Below are positions 46,111 through 55,052 of a stretch of DNA of 64,000 bases, one piece after another. How positions within the stretch are numbered: the first letter of the stretch is position 1; each line of letters opens with the position of its first letter. Under the pieces are notes generated by a model that was not told where the DNA came from, searched no databases, and saw nothing but the letters and a program-made list of their open reading frames with translations. Both the position numbers and the translations under genes were made by a program. The stretch lies in NCBI GenBank assembly GCA_946537295.1, contig CAMNFQ010000001.1, positions 8,430 to 72,429 of the forward strand. The letters are read 5' to 3'. This DNA is from an uncultured Bacillota bacterium (GTDB lineage: Bacteria > Bacillota_I > Bacilli_A > Erysipelotrichales > Erysipelotrichaceae).

Positions 46111-48285
46111 ATGGTCAAGCACATTTATACAAGAAAAGAGCTCTATGATGAGATCGATAAGTATATTACTTCTCCCTCAGCAATAGAGATCATCAACAAG
46201 GCCTATGATTATGCCTATGACAAGCACAAGGACCAGAAGCGTTCTTCTGGTGAACCGTATTTTGTGCATGTTTTAAATGTTGCCTATGAACTGGCTAAAC
46301 TTCATACTGATCCTAATACCATTGCTGCCGGTCTTTTACATGATGTAATTGAAGATTGTGATGTCAGCAGAGAAGATTTCATCAAAGAATTTGGTGAAGA
46401 GATCTATGAGATCGTTGAAGCAGTAACCAAGATCTCTAATCTTAAATTTACTGACGAAAAGGAATATCAGGCAGAAAACCATCGTAAGATCCTGATCGCC
46501 ATGGCAAAGGATGTCCGTGTCATTCTGGTCAAGCTGGTCGACAGATTACATAATATGCGTACTTTAGAGTATCTGCCAGAACAGAAACAGAAACGTATTG
46601 CCAGAGAGACACTGGAAGTATATGCGCCGATTGCTCATCGATTAGGTATCGCAGAAATCAAGAATGAACTGGAAGATCTCTCTTTCTACTATCTTGATAA
46701 TGAGAAATATCACGAGATCGCAAAGCTTGTTGAATCTAAGAAATCGGAAAGAGATAAACAGATCGATATCATGATGGAAGATATCTCGATCGTTTTAAAG
46801 ATGCATAATATTCCATTCAGGATCTTTGGTCGTTCCAAACATCTTTATTCCATCAATAAGAAGATGGTCACCAAAAATAAGCGTTTTGATGAGATCCTCG
46901 ATCTTCTGGCAATCAGAATCGTAACTGAAACAGAAACAAACTGTTATGAGATTCTAGGCTATATCCATGCGGTATATCGTCCAATTCCAGGCCGTCTGAA
47001 AGACTATATTGCTATGCCTAAGATGAACATGTATCAGTCTTTGCATACAACGATCGTTGGACCGGATGGCAGGATCTATGAAGTTCAGATCAGAACGGAA
47101 GAGATGGATGAAATCGCTGAAAGAGGTATTGCGGCTCACTGGTCTTATAAGGAAGGCGGCAAGGCTCATTCTCAAAAGAAGCTTGTAGAAGAACTCAACT
47201 GGCTTAAAGCTTTTGAAGAAAGCTCTAATACCGATGCGAAAGAATTCATGAATGATATCACTCATGATATCTTCAATGCGAATATCTACTGTATGACGCC
47301 ACGTGGCAGGATCATTGACCTGGCTGCAGGAGCTACGCCGATCGACTTTGCCTATCGTATTCATACTGAAGTTGGTAACCAGACCGTTGGTGCGCTCGTC
47401 AATGGCGTACTGGTTCCTTTGAACACACCTTTAAAGACGGGTGATGTCGTTGAATTAAGGACTAATAAGAATTCCACACCATCTGAAGACTGGCTGAAGA
47501 TCGTCAAGACCAATCATGCCCGTAATAAGATCAAAGCTTACTTCCAGAAGAAGGAAATGGAAGACAAGGAAGAATCGATCAAGCTTGGTGAACAGATCCT
47601 CAAGGATGAACTCAAGAAGCATGATCTTGATGTTGATGAATTATTTGATATGAAGAAGCTTGATAAAGTTGCTTCAGCTTTCCAGCTTCCTAATGCAACT
47701 GAACTACTTTTCTCGATCGGCTGTAAATCAATGACGGCTATGGCGGTCATTGAAAAACTGACTAAACTTGGTAAAAAGGAAGTTGATCTTTCCTATATCG
47801 AAAAGATAACTAAAAAGAACGCTGAAAAGAATCATATCATCTCCAAGACCGGCATCGTGGTCAAAGGTATCAGTTCCATGAAGATTGCTCTTTCACCTTG
47901 CTGCTCACCGGTCTATGGTGATCAGATCGTTGGCTATGTCTCTAAAGGACAGGGAATCAAGGTTCATCGCAAGGATTGCCCTAATATTGCCAATGAAAAA
48001 AGACTTATTGATGTTGAATGGGATCCAAAGAAGCCGGATATCCGTTATGAAGCTTCAATAAAGATCTTCTCAAAAGACAGATCCTATCTGCTGACTGATC
48101 TAGTCACAGTGGTAGCACAATACAAAGCCAATCTGACAGCTGTAAATTCGGTTGCCAACAATGAAGATCTCAGCGCCAATACCAGTATGTCGTTCATGGT
48201 CGATGACCTGGAACATCTGGAAAACATCATGGCAAATCTGAGAAAAGTTGACAGTGTAATTTCGGTTGAAAGGGCTATAAAATAA
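46111..48285 (+). CDS. relA: bifunctional (p)ppGpp synthetase/hydrolase (RelA/SpoT homologue)
   Basis: HD domain (HDVIEDC), synthetase motifs (YQSLHT, EVQIRT), TGS and ACT domains. Confidence 0.95.
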   Translation: MVKHIYTRKELYDEIDKYITSPSAIEIINKAYDYAYDKHKDQKRSSGEPYFVHVLNVAYELAKLHTDPNTIAAGLLHDVIEDCDVSREDFIKEFGEEIYEIVEAVTKISNLKFTDEKEYQAENHRKILIAMAKDVRVILVKLVDRLHNMRTLEYLPEQKQKRIARETLEVYAPIAHRLGIAEIKNELEDLSFYYLDNEKYHEIAKLVESKKSERDKQIDIMMEDISIVLKMHNIPFRIFGRSKHLYSINKKMVTKNKRFDEILDLLAIRIVTETETNCYEILGYIHAVYRPIPGRLKDYIAMPKMNMYQSLHTTIVGPDGRIYEVQIRTEEMDEIAERGIAAHWSYKEGGKAHSQKKLVEELNWLKAFEESSNTDAKEFMNDITHDIFNANIYCMTPRGRIIDLAAGATPIDFAYRIHTEVGNQTVGALVNGVLVPLNTPLKTGDVVELRTNKNSTPSEDWLKIVKTNHARNKIKAYFQKKEMEDKEESIKLGEQILKDELKKHDLDVDELFDMKKLDKVASAFQLPNATELLFSIGCKSMTAMAVIEKLTKLGKKEVDLSYIEKITKKNAEKNHIISKTGIVVKGISSMKIALSPCCSPVYGDQIVGYVSKGQGIKVHRKDCPNIANEKRLIDVEWDPKKPDIRYEASIKIFSKDRSYLLTDLVTVVAQYKANLTAVNSVANNEDLSANTSMSFMVDDLEHLENIMANLRKVDSVISVERAIK

Positions 48286-48294
48286 TGCTAGAAT
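48266..48294 (+). promoter_or_regulatory. promoter for the hisS-aspS T-box leader, embedded in the relA 3' end
   Basis: TTGAAA (48266-48271), 17-nt spacer, TAGAAT (48289-48294). Confidence 0.55.
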
Positions 48295-48300
48295 TTTAGT

Positions 48301-48508
48301 TGTCAATAAGGAAACTAATCTTATTTCTGATTCATAGCGAGAAGTGGATGGTGCAAGGCTTCATGAAGAGATGAGAGGGACACTTCCTTGATACCTATGA
48401 GAATAGGTCGTAATACTGCGTTAAAGTATTCAAGGGCACATAGTCTTATGTGAACTAAGGTGGCAACGCGTTTAACAACGTCCTTAGACAGGACGTTTTT
48501 ATTTTTTT
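48301..48508 (+). promoter_or_regulatory. T-box leader of hisS-aspS, specifier GAC (Asp, 48379-48381) overlapping CAC (His, 48381-48383)
   Basis: GGTGCAAGGC distal loop, specifier context GGG-GAC-ACTT, T-box core AACTAAGGTGGCAACGCG (48453-48470). Terminator AACGTCC..GGACGTT followed by a T run. Confidence 0.85.
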
Positions 48509-48516
48509 AGGAGGTT

Positions 48517-49791
48517 ATGGCTATGGCATACAAGACAGTAAAAGGTACCTATGATATGCTTCCTGATCGGATGATCAGATTCAATATGCTTTCTGATCTG
48601 TTCAGACAGTTTCTGAACCTTTATGGTTATGCAGAGATCAAGACACCTGTGTTTGAATATACCGGTGTTTTTCAGAAAGAAAATGATACATCTGATATGG
48701 TCACAAAAGAGATGTACACTTTTTCTCCCAATGGCAAGGATTCTCTGACACTTCGTCCGGAAGGAACAGCAGGAGTAATCAGATCCTTTGTCGAAAACAA
48801 GATGTATGGAAATCTGGAACTGCCGGTCAAACTTGGCTACATCGAAGAGATGTTCAGACATGAAAGACCACAGAAGGGTCGTCAGAGGCAGTTTACCCAG
48901 ATGGGTATTGAATGTATCGGTGATAAAGATCCGCTCATTGATGCGGAAGTAATCGCCTTAGGATATTTCTATATCAAGACACTTGGCCTGGAATCAGTGA
49001 AAGTTCTCATCAATTCATTAGGTGATAATGAATCAAGACTAAACTACAAGAATGAACTGATTGAATACTTTAAACCACATAAGGATGAACTGTGTTTTGA
49101 TTGCCAGAACCGTCTTGAAAAGAATCCATTAAGAATACTTGATTGTAAGATCGACTCCGGTTCAGCTGTTGTGGCAGGAGCACCAAAGATGAAACTGTCA
49201 TCTGAATCTGAAAAATATTTTGAACAGGTCAAACACTATCTTGATGTCATGAATATTCCATATGAAGTAGATGACAGACTTGTTAGAGGCTTGGATTACT
49301 ATACTGATACAGTCTTTGAAGTAGTAAGCACCAACGAAGCTTCCGGCTCACAGGCTACGATATTTGGTGGTGGAAGATATGACAATCTTGTAGAAGAGAT
49401 GGGCGGACCTTCGATCAGCGGTATCGGCTTTGCGATCGGTATGGAAAGACTGATGATCTTATGTGATGCTGAAGAAATATTTGATATCAAAAACAGTATC
49501 GATGCCTATGTCGTCAATCTTAATGAAACAAAGGATTATGCCTTAGGTATTGCAGAAGAACTAAGAAACAATTCCTTTACCTGTGAGATGGATTATTATG
49601 GCAGGTCTTTAAAAGCTCAATTCAAATCATCTGAAAGAAAGAATGCCAGATTTATCCTTATTGTAGGTGATGATGAGATAAAGGATAATGTTGTAACCCT
49701 GAAAGATACGCTTACGAAAGCTCAGGAAACAGTTAAAAGAGATGAACTTGTAGATAGAATGGATCAGTTAATGGAGGATTATTATGAATAG
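48517..49791 (+). CDS. hisS: histidine--tRNA ligase
   Basis: KGTYDMLP, class II motifs (LRPEGT, FRHERPQKGRQRQF, GGGRYD). ATG 48523 has the better SD spacing than 48517. Confidence 0.95.
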   Translation: MAMAYKTVKGTYDMLPDRMIRFNMLSDLFRQFLNLYGYAEIKTPVFEYTGVFQKENDTSDMVTKEMYTFSPNGKDSLTLRPEGTAGVIRSFVENKMYGNLELPVKLGYIEEMFRHERPQKGRQRQFTQMGIECIGDKDPLIDAEVIALGYFYIKTLGLESVKVLINSLGDNESRLNYKNELIEYFKPHKDELCFDCQNRLEKNPLRILDCKIDSGSAVVAGAPKMKLSSESEKYFEQVKHYLDVMNIPYEVDDRLVRGLDYYTDTVFEVVSTNEASGSQATIFGGGRYDNLVEEMGGPSISGIGFAIGMERLMILCDAEEIFDIKNSIDAYVVNLNETKDYALGIAEELRNNSFTCEMDYYGRSLKAQFKSSERKNARFILIVGDDEIKDNVVTLKDTLTKAQETVKRDELVDRMDQLMEDYYE

Positions 49792-51526
49792 AGATCATAC
49801 TTGCGGAGAATTAAGAAAGACTGATGTCGGTAAGAAAGTAAGACTGGCTGGCTGGGTCGCAAAAAGAAGAAATTTAGGTTCGATCGTCTTCATCGATTTA
49901 AGAGACAGATATGGTATTACCCAGATCACTTTTGATGAAGCACATTCACAACTGGTAAAAGATGTCAGAAACGAATATGTTATCGAAGTAAGAGGCGTTG
50001 TTTCATTAAAGGAAACAGCTAATCCTAAACTGGAAACAGGTGAGATCGAAGTTATCGCTGAAGATTGCAAGATTCTTTCCAGTGCCAAGACGACACCGAT
50101 GATCATCGCTGATGAAACTGATGCCTTGGAAGATCTCAGGCTCAAATATCGTTATCTTGATATCAGAAGAAATCCGATCAAGGATAAGCTGATCATGCGT
50201 GATAAGGTCGCTACGATCGTCAGAAGAGTCTTACATGAAGATGATTTTATTGAAGTGGAAACACCGATCCTTTCCAAATCAACTCCAGAAGGTGCCAGAG
50301 ACTATCTGGTTCCATCAAGACTCTATAAAGGCAAATTCTACGCCTTGCCACAATCACCACAGCAGTATAAGCAGCTGTTGATGATCGGTGGTATGGATAG
50401 ATATTTCCAGATTGCCAGATGCTTCAGAGACGAGGATTTAAGAGCTGATAGACAGCCTGAATTTACCCAGATCGATATGGAAATGTCTTTTGCTGATGAA
50501 GAAGATATCTTTGCAGAAGTAGAGAAGGTTATGAAAGCCATCTTTAAAGAGATCAAGGGTGTTGATGATCTGAGCTTCCCAAGAGTCAAATATGTTGATG
50601 CCATGGATAAATACGGATCAGATAAACCAGATCTGCGTTTTGATAATCCAATGTGCAATGTTACGGAATTGTTCAGAAATTCAGCTTTTTCAGTCTTTAG
50701 TAATTGTGTAGCAGAAGGTGGTGTTATCAAGGCTCTGGTATTCCATAATGCTACTGATAAGCTTTCACGTAAGAAGTTTGATGAACTCAATGAGTTTGTT
50801 AAGATCTATAAGGCTAAAGGACTTGCCTATCTCAAATATGACAATGGTGAATTCACCGGTTCAGTAAATAATGCCTTACCAGCAGAAGAAAAGAAAGCTC
50901 TATCTGAACAGCTCAAATTAAATAGTGGCGATGTCGTACTGATGGTTGCTGATAAGAAGAATATCGCTGAAACAGCTTTAGGTGCTATCAGAAAGAAACT
51001 GGGAGAAGAATTAGGTCTGATCGATAAGGATAAATTCAGCTTTGTCTGGATCACAGAATTCCCAATGTATGAGTATTCAGAAGAAGAAGGTCGCTGGGTA
51101 AGTGCTCATCATCCATTCACAGCTCCACGTGATGAAGATGTTGATAAACTGACAACTGATCAGGCTAACTGTTATTCCAGAGCATATGATCTGGTTCTGA
51201 ATGGTTATGAGCTTTTATCAGGTTCTGTCAGAATCCATGATTCACAAATGCAGGCCAAGGTATTTGATGCCTTAGGTTTAAGCAAGGAACAGATCAAGAA
51301 TAAATTCGGTTTCTTCATTGAAGCCTTTGAATATGGTGCACCTCCTCATTGTGGTGTAGGTATCGGTATTGAAAGACTTGTCATGATCTTGTCAGGTACC
51401 GACAATATCAAGGATGTCGTTGCCTTCCCGAAGACAGCGAGTGCCTATTGTCTGATGTCAGATGCTCCAAATACTGTTGATCAGGATCAGTTGGATTTCT
51501 TGTCTTTACAGATAAAGAAGGATTAG
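49784..51526 (+). CDS. aspS: aspartate--tRNA ligase
   Basis: OB-fold N-terminus, QSPQQYKQLLM, FRDEDLRADRQPEFTQ and GIGIERL motifs. Confidence 0.95.
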   Translation: MNRDHTCGELRKTDVGKKVRLAGWVAKRRNLGSIVFIDLRDRYGITQITFDEAHSQLVKDVRNEYVIEVRGVVSLKETANPKLETGEIEVIAEDCKILSSAKTTPMIIADETDALEDLRLKYRYLDIRRNPIKDKLIMRDKVATIVRRVLHEDDFIEVETPILSKSTPEGARDYLVPSRLYKGKFYALPQSPQQYKQLLMIGGMDRYFQIARCFRDEDLRADRQPEFTQIDMEMSFADEEDIFAEVEKVMKAIFKEIKGVDDLSFPRVKYVDAMDKYGSDKPDLRFDNPMCNVTELFRNSAFSVFSNCVAEGGVIKALVFHNATDKLSRKKFDELNEFVKIYKAKGLAYLKYDNGEFTGSVNNALPAEEKKALSEQLKLNSGDVVLMVADKKNIAETALGAIRKKLGEELGLIDKDKFSFVWITEFPMYEYSEEEGRWVSAHHPFTAPRDEDVDKLTTDQANCYSRAYDLVLNGYELLSGSVRIHDSQMQAKVFDALGLSKEQIKNKFGFFIEAFEYGAPPHCGVGIGIERLVMILSGTDNIKDVVAFPKTASAYCLMSDAPNTVDQDQLDFLSLQIKKD

Positions 51527-51597
51527 GTACGGTTAGCCTTTACTAACCCTAATATGGCCATGTTATAATTTTCTTGTAGAAAAACAGGAGGTTGTAT

Positions 51598-51771
51598 ATG
51601 CCAGTAAAAGTTGATCGTGATTTATGCATCGGCTGTGGCGCATGTACAGGTGTTTGCCCAACAGAATCTTTATCATTAGATGAGGAAGGCAAATCAGTAT
51701 GCAATGAAGAAACTTGCGTTGATTGCGGTGCCTGCGTTGCAACATGCCCAGTATCAGCATTATCTCAATAA
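51598..51771 (+). CDS. 2x[4Fe-4S] ferredoxin
   Basis: Below the ORF-track length cut-off. 57 aa, MPVKVDRDLCIGCGACTGVCP...CVDCGACVATCP. AGGAGG SD. Confidence 0.88.
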   Translation: MPVKVDRDLCIGCGACTGVCPTESLSLDEEGKSVCNEETCVDCGACVATCPVSALSQ

Positions 51772-51772
51772 G

Positions 51773-51797
51773 CCAAGTTATAAAACTTGGTTTTTTT
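51773..51797 (+). terminator. intrinsic terminator after the ferredoxin gene
   Basis: CCAAGTT-ATAA-AACTTGG followed by TTTTTTT. Confidence 0.8.
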
Positions 51798-51824
51798 ATG
51801 TCTTTTTGTTTACAATAATGAAAG

Positions 51825-53252
51825 ATGAAAAAAGATTATAAATTGCCTTCACTTGATGATGCGAGAAAAAGAAACAGAGAACTCTCACAGAAACTCTCTT
51901 TTAAACTGGATGATAAGTATAAGGATATCGGAAAGGGAAAGAAGTATTTCATAATAACTCATGGCTGTCAGGCCAATCAGCGTGATTCAGAAACAATGGC
52001 TGGCATACTTGATACCTTGGGATATGAAAGCTGTGACAGTGAGAAAAAGGCTGATGTCATCATCATCAATACCTGTGCTGTACGTAAAGGGGCTGAAGAT
52101 AAGGTCCTTGGTGAAGTTGGTGCATTAAAGAGACTTAAATACAATAAACCTGATCTGATAATCTGCCTGGCCGGTTGTATGGCTCAGGAAGAGGAAACAG
52201 TCAAGATCATTATGGAAAAGTATCGCCAGGTCGATATTATTTTTGGTACACATAATATTACTTCACTTCCTAAACTGCTATATGAAGTATATACAACCAA
52301 ACAAAGGAAGATCGAAGTCTATTCCAAGATGGGTGATATCGTTGAATCAGTTCCTGTGACCAGATTCATGTCACACAAGGCCTGGGTAAATATCATGTAT
52401 GGTTGCGATAAGTTCTGTACCTATTGTATTGTTCCTTATACCAGAGGCAAGGAAAGATCCCGCTATAAGGAAGATATCATCTATGAAGTCGAAGAACTGG
52501 TCAGACAGGGCTATAAGGAAGTCTGTCTTCTAGGACAGAATGTCAATGCCTATGGAAAGGATCTGAGTCTTGATTACACCTTTGGTAATCTGCTTAATGA
52601 TGTTGCCGCAACCGGTATTGCGAGAATCAGATTTGTCACTTCTCATCCTTGGGATTTTGACGATACGATGATTCAGGCCATCAAAAACAATCCTAACATC
52701 ATGCCATATATTCATCTGCCGATCCAGTCTGGTAACACCGAGATATTGAAGAAGATGAACAGAAGATATACCAGAGAAGAATATCTTTCTCTTTTTGATA
52801 AGCTGAAAAAGGAACTTCCGGGCTTTGCATTCACGACTGATATCATCGTCGGTTTTCCAAATGAATCTGATGAAGCTTTTGAAGACACTTTAAGCGCAGT
52901 AGAACACTGTCAGTTTGATAATGCCTTTACCTTTATCTATTCGCCAAGAGAAGGAACTCCGGCTGCTAAATTTGAAGATAAGATCGATAGAAAAACAAAA
53001 GAAGAAAGACTGCAGAGACTTAATGAGAGAGTTGCCTATTACGCTAATCTGAACAATCAGAAATTCAAGGATAAGGTCGTTGAAGTGCTGGTCGATGGTT
53101 TAAGCAAGCGCAATTCCAATGTTTATTCAGGATATACACCGGAAAACAAACTGGTTAATTTTACCGGAAACAATGTTAAGACAGGTGATCTGGTCAAAGT
53201 AAGGATCACAGAAGTCATGTCGTTCTCATTGAATGGTGAACTGGTAGAATAG
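51825..53252 (+). CDS. miaB: tRNA-2-methylthio-N6-dimethylallyladenosine synthase
   Basis: UPF0004 N-terminal domain (GCQANQ), radical SAM motif CDKFCTYC and a TRAM domain. Confidence 0.92.
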   Translation: MKKDYKLPSLDDARKRNRELSQKLSFKLDDKYKDIGKGKKYFIITHGCQANQRDSETMAGILDTLGYESCDSEKKADVIIINTCAVRKGAEDKVLGEVGALKRLKYNKPDLIICLAGCMAQEEETVKIIMEKYRQVDIIFGTHNITSLPKLLYEVYTTKQRKIEVYSKMGDIVESVPVTRFMSHKAWVNIMYGCDKFCTYCIVPYTRGKERSRYKEDIIYEVEELVRQGYKEVCLLGQNVNAYGKDLSLDYTFGNLLNDVAATGIARIRFVTSHPWDFDDTMIQAIKNNPNIMPYIHLPIQSGNTEILKKMNRRYTREEYLSLFDKLKKELPGFAFTTDIIVGFPNESDEAFEDTLSAVEHCQFDNAFTFIYSPREGTPAAKFEDKIDRKTKEERLQRLNERVAYYANLNNQKFKDKVVEVLVDGLSKRNSNVYSGYTPENKLVNFTGNNVKTGDLVKVRITEVMSFSLNGELVE

Positions 53253-53366
53253 CTTTTTCTATAGACTGTTTTGATATAGATTTAAGTAAGTTTTGACTTT
53301 CTAATTAATTGAAAATAAGCGTTATTTAACTTATAATTTTATTAGTTATTTGGAGGAATATAATTA

Positions 53367-55052
53367 GTGCAGAAAATACGTTTAATGGCACTTGGCGGTC
53401 TTGACGAAGATGGCAAGAACATGTACCTGGTGGAAATTGATGGAGATATTTTTGTTGTGGACGCCGGTTTGAAATATCCGAGCGAATCAGAACAGCTGGG
53501 TATTGAATATATAATTCCTGATTTTACCTATCTGCTTGAACATCAGGATCGCGTCAAGGGAATATTCATTTCACATGGTCATGATGATGTCATGTCTGCT
53601 TTAGGACATCTTCTGACTGTAATGGATATTGAAGTATATGCGACTGCTTTGACGGCCAGGATCCTGGAAGATGAATTTAAACTGCACAAGATAAAGAATA
53701 AACATATCCATATCGTTAAACGTAACGATACTTTTAAGGTTGCCGGTCATACGATCCACACTTTCCCGGTAATGCAATCAATTGCGGATGGTGTCGGTTT
53801 TGCTTTTGAAACTGATTCAGGCATGATTGTCTATACTTCGGAATTTGTCTTTGACTACGATTTCCTTAATGAAGCTTTCTCAATGGATATCAACGCCTTA
53901 TCAAAACTTGGGCAAAGTAATGTCCTTGTATTGATGTCTGAATCTCGTGGCGCAAAACGTGAAGGTTATACTGCGCCAAAACACAGAATTTCTGATCATA
54001 TCGATCATTATTTTGAAGAAAGTGATCGCAGGATCGTTGTTACTCTTTACAGACAGAATCTTTTCAGAATTATGGAGATCCTGGAACTTGCCAGCAAATA
54101 CAACAAGAAGGTCTTCTTCTATGATCCTGATCATGTAAGACTTCTAAGAACAGTTAATGAACTTGGATACTACAAGATTCCAAAAGACGTCATTATCTCT
54201 CAGGAAGAATATGACAATGAGAGAAAAGATGTCGTCTGTGTCGTTTCCGGTTCAGGAAATGAAGTATTCAAGCTTATGAATAATATAGCTATCGGTGAAG
54301 ATGACATTATCGAACTTAATGAACATGATATCGTCATCATTGCTTCACCAGTAGTTCCTGGTACTGAAAAGGATGCGACAGCAATGGAAAACGATCTCTA
54401 TAAGGCTGGTGTATCGATTGTCAAACTCAATGCCAAAGAGATCCTTTCAATGCACGCCTCGATTGAAGATCTTAAGATGATGCTCTATCTCATCAGACCG
54501 AAGTATTATCTGCCAATTAAGGGTGAATACTCTGATCTGATCAATAATGCCGATATTGCTGTCGACATGGGCTATACACCTGATAAGATCATTATTCTTG
54601 ATAATGGTCAGTTTGCGACTTTTGAAGGTTCTAGGCTTGCTTCAACCAGCGATCAGATTGAACTTGAAGACAAGGCGATCGATGCTTCTGATATGCGCGA
54701 CGTCTCAGGTATGGTCTTGAAAGACAGGGAAAAACTTTCGACTGATGGTGCTATAATTTGTGGTGTAGTTCTGGATTTCAACACCAAGAAAATTATTGGC
54801 GGACCGGATATCCAGTCTCGTGGAGTAATCTATCTGAAAGATGCTGATCATATTCTTTCAGAAATAGGTAATATTCTGATATCAACAATCAAGAAAAATG
54901 TTGAAAGTGGCTCCTATGAAAATATGCAGGTTAGAATGGAAGCAAGGGAGCAGATCTCTCGCTATGTCTTAAGATCTACGGGAAAATCCCCAATGATCCT
55001 TCCTGCTATCGTTGAGATCAATATGGGAGATGAAAGTGGCAAGGAAAGCTAA
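53367..55052 (+). CDS. ribonuclease J family protein with degenerate metal-binding motifs (J2-like)
   Basis: Metallo-beta-lactamase/beta-CASP architecture. HGHDDV replaces HGHEDH, and SESRG replaces the SDSTN-type Asp motif. GTG start behind GGAGGA. Confidence 0.82.
   Translation: MQKIRLMALGGLDEDGKNMYLVEIDGDIFVVDAGLKYPSESEQLGIEYIIPDFTYLLEHQDRVKGIFISHGHDDVMSALGHLLTVMDIEVYATALTARILEDEFKLHKIKNKHIHIVKRNDTFKVAGHTIHTFPVMQSIADGVGFAFETDSGMIVYTSEFVFDYDFLNEAFSMDINALSKLGQSNVLVLMSESRGAKREGYTAPKHRISDHIDHYFEESDRRIVVTLYRQNLFRIMEILELASKYNKKVFFYDPDHVRLLRTVNELGYYKIPKDVIISQEEYDNERKDVVCVVSGSGNEVFKLMNNIAIGEDDIIELNEHDIVIIASPVVPGTEKDATAMENDLYKAGVSIVKLNAKEILSMHASIEDLKMMLYLIRPKYYLPIKGEYSDLINNADIAVDMGYTPDKIIILDNGQFATFEGSRLASTSDQIELEDKAIDASDMRDVSGMVLKDREKLSTDGAIICGVVLDFNTKKIIGGPDIQSRGVIYLKDADHILSEIGNILISTIKKNVESGSYENMQVRMEAREQISRYVLRSTGKSPMILPAIVEINMGDESGKES

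Noticed and set aside
50338-50790. 150-aa minus-strand ORF inside aspS. The same class includes 56175-56621 in ftsK, 46954-47364 in relA, 49795-50145 in aspS, and 8684-9103 across the lipoprotein gene 3' end and radC
   Set aside because: These are shadow ORFs antisense to strongly supported conserved genes. They have no ribosome-binding sites, and their Ser/Leu-rich composition is typical of antisense frames.
51531-51548. GGTTAG...CTAACC hairpin after aspS as a possible terminator
   Set aside because: The stem is only 6 bp and no T run follows. A TATAAT-like box and the SD of the ferredoxin gene come directly afterwards, so it is too weak to call.
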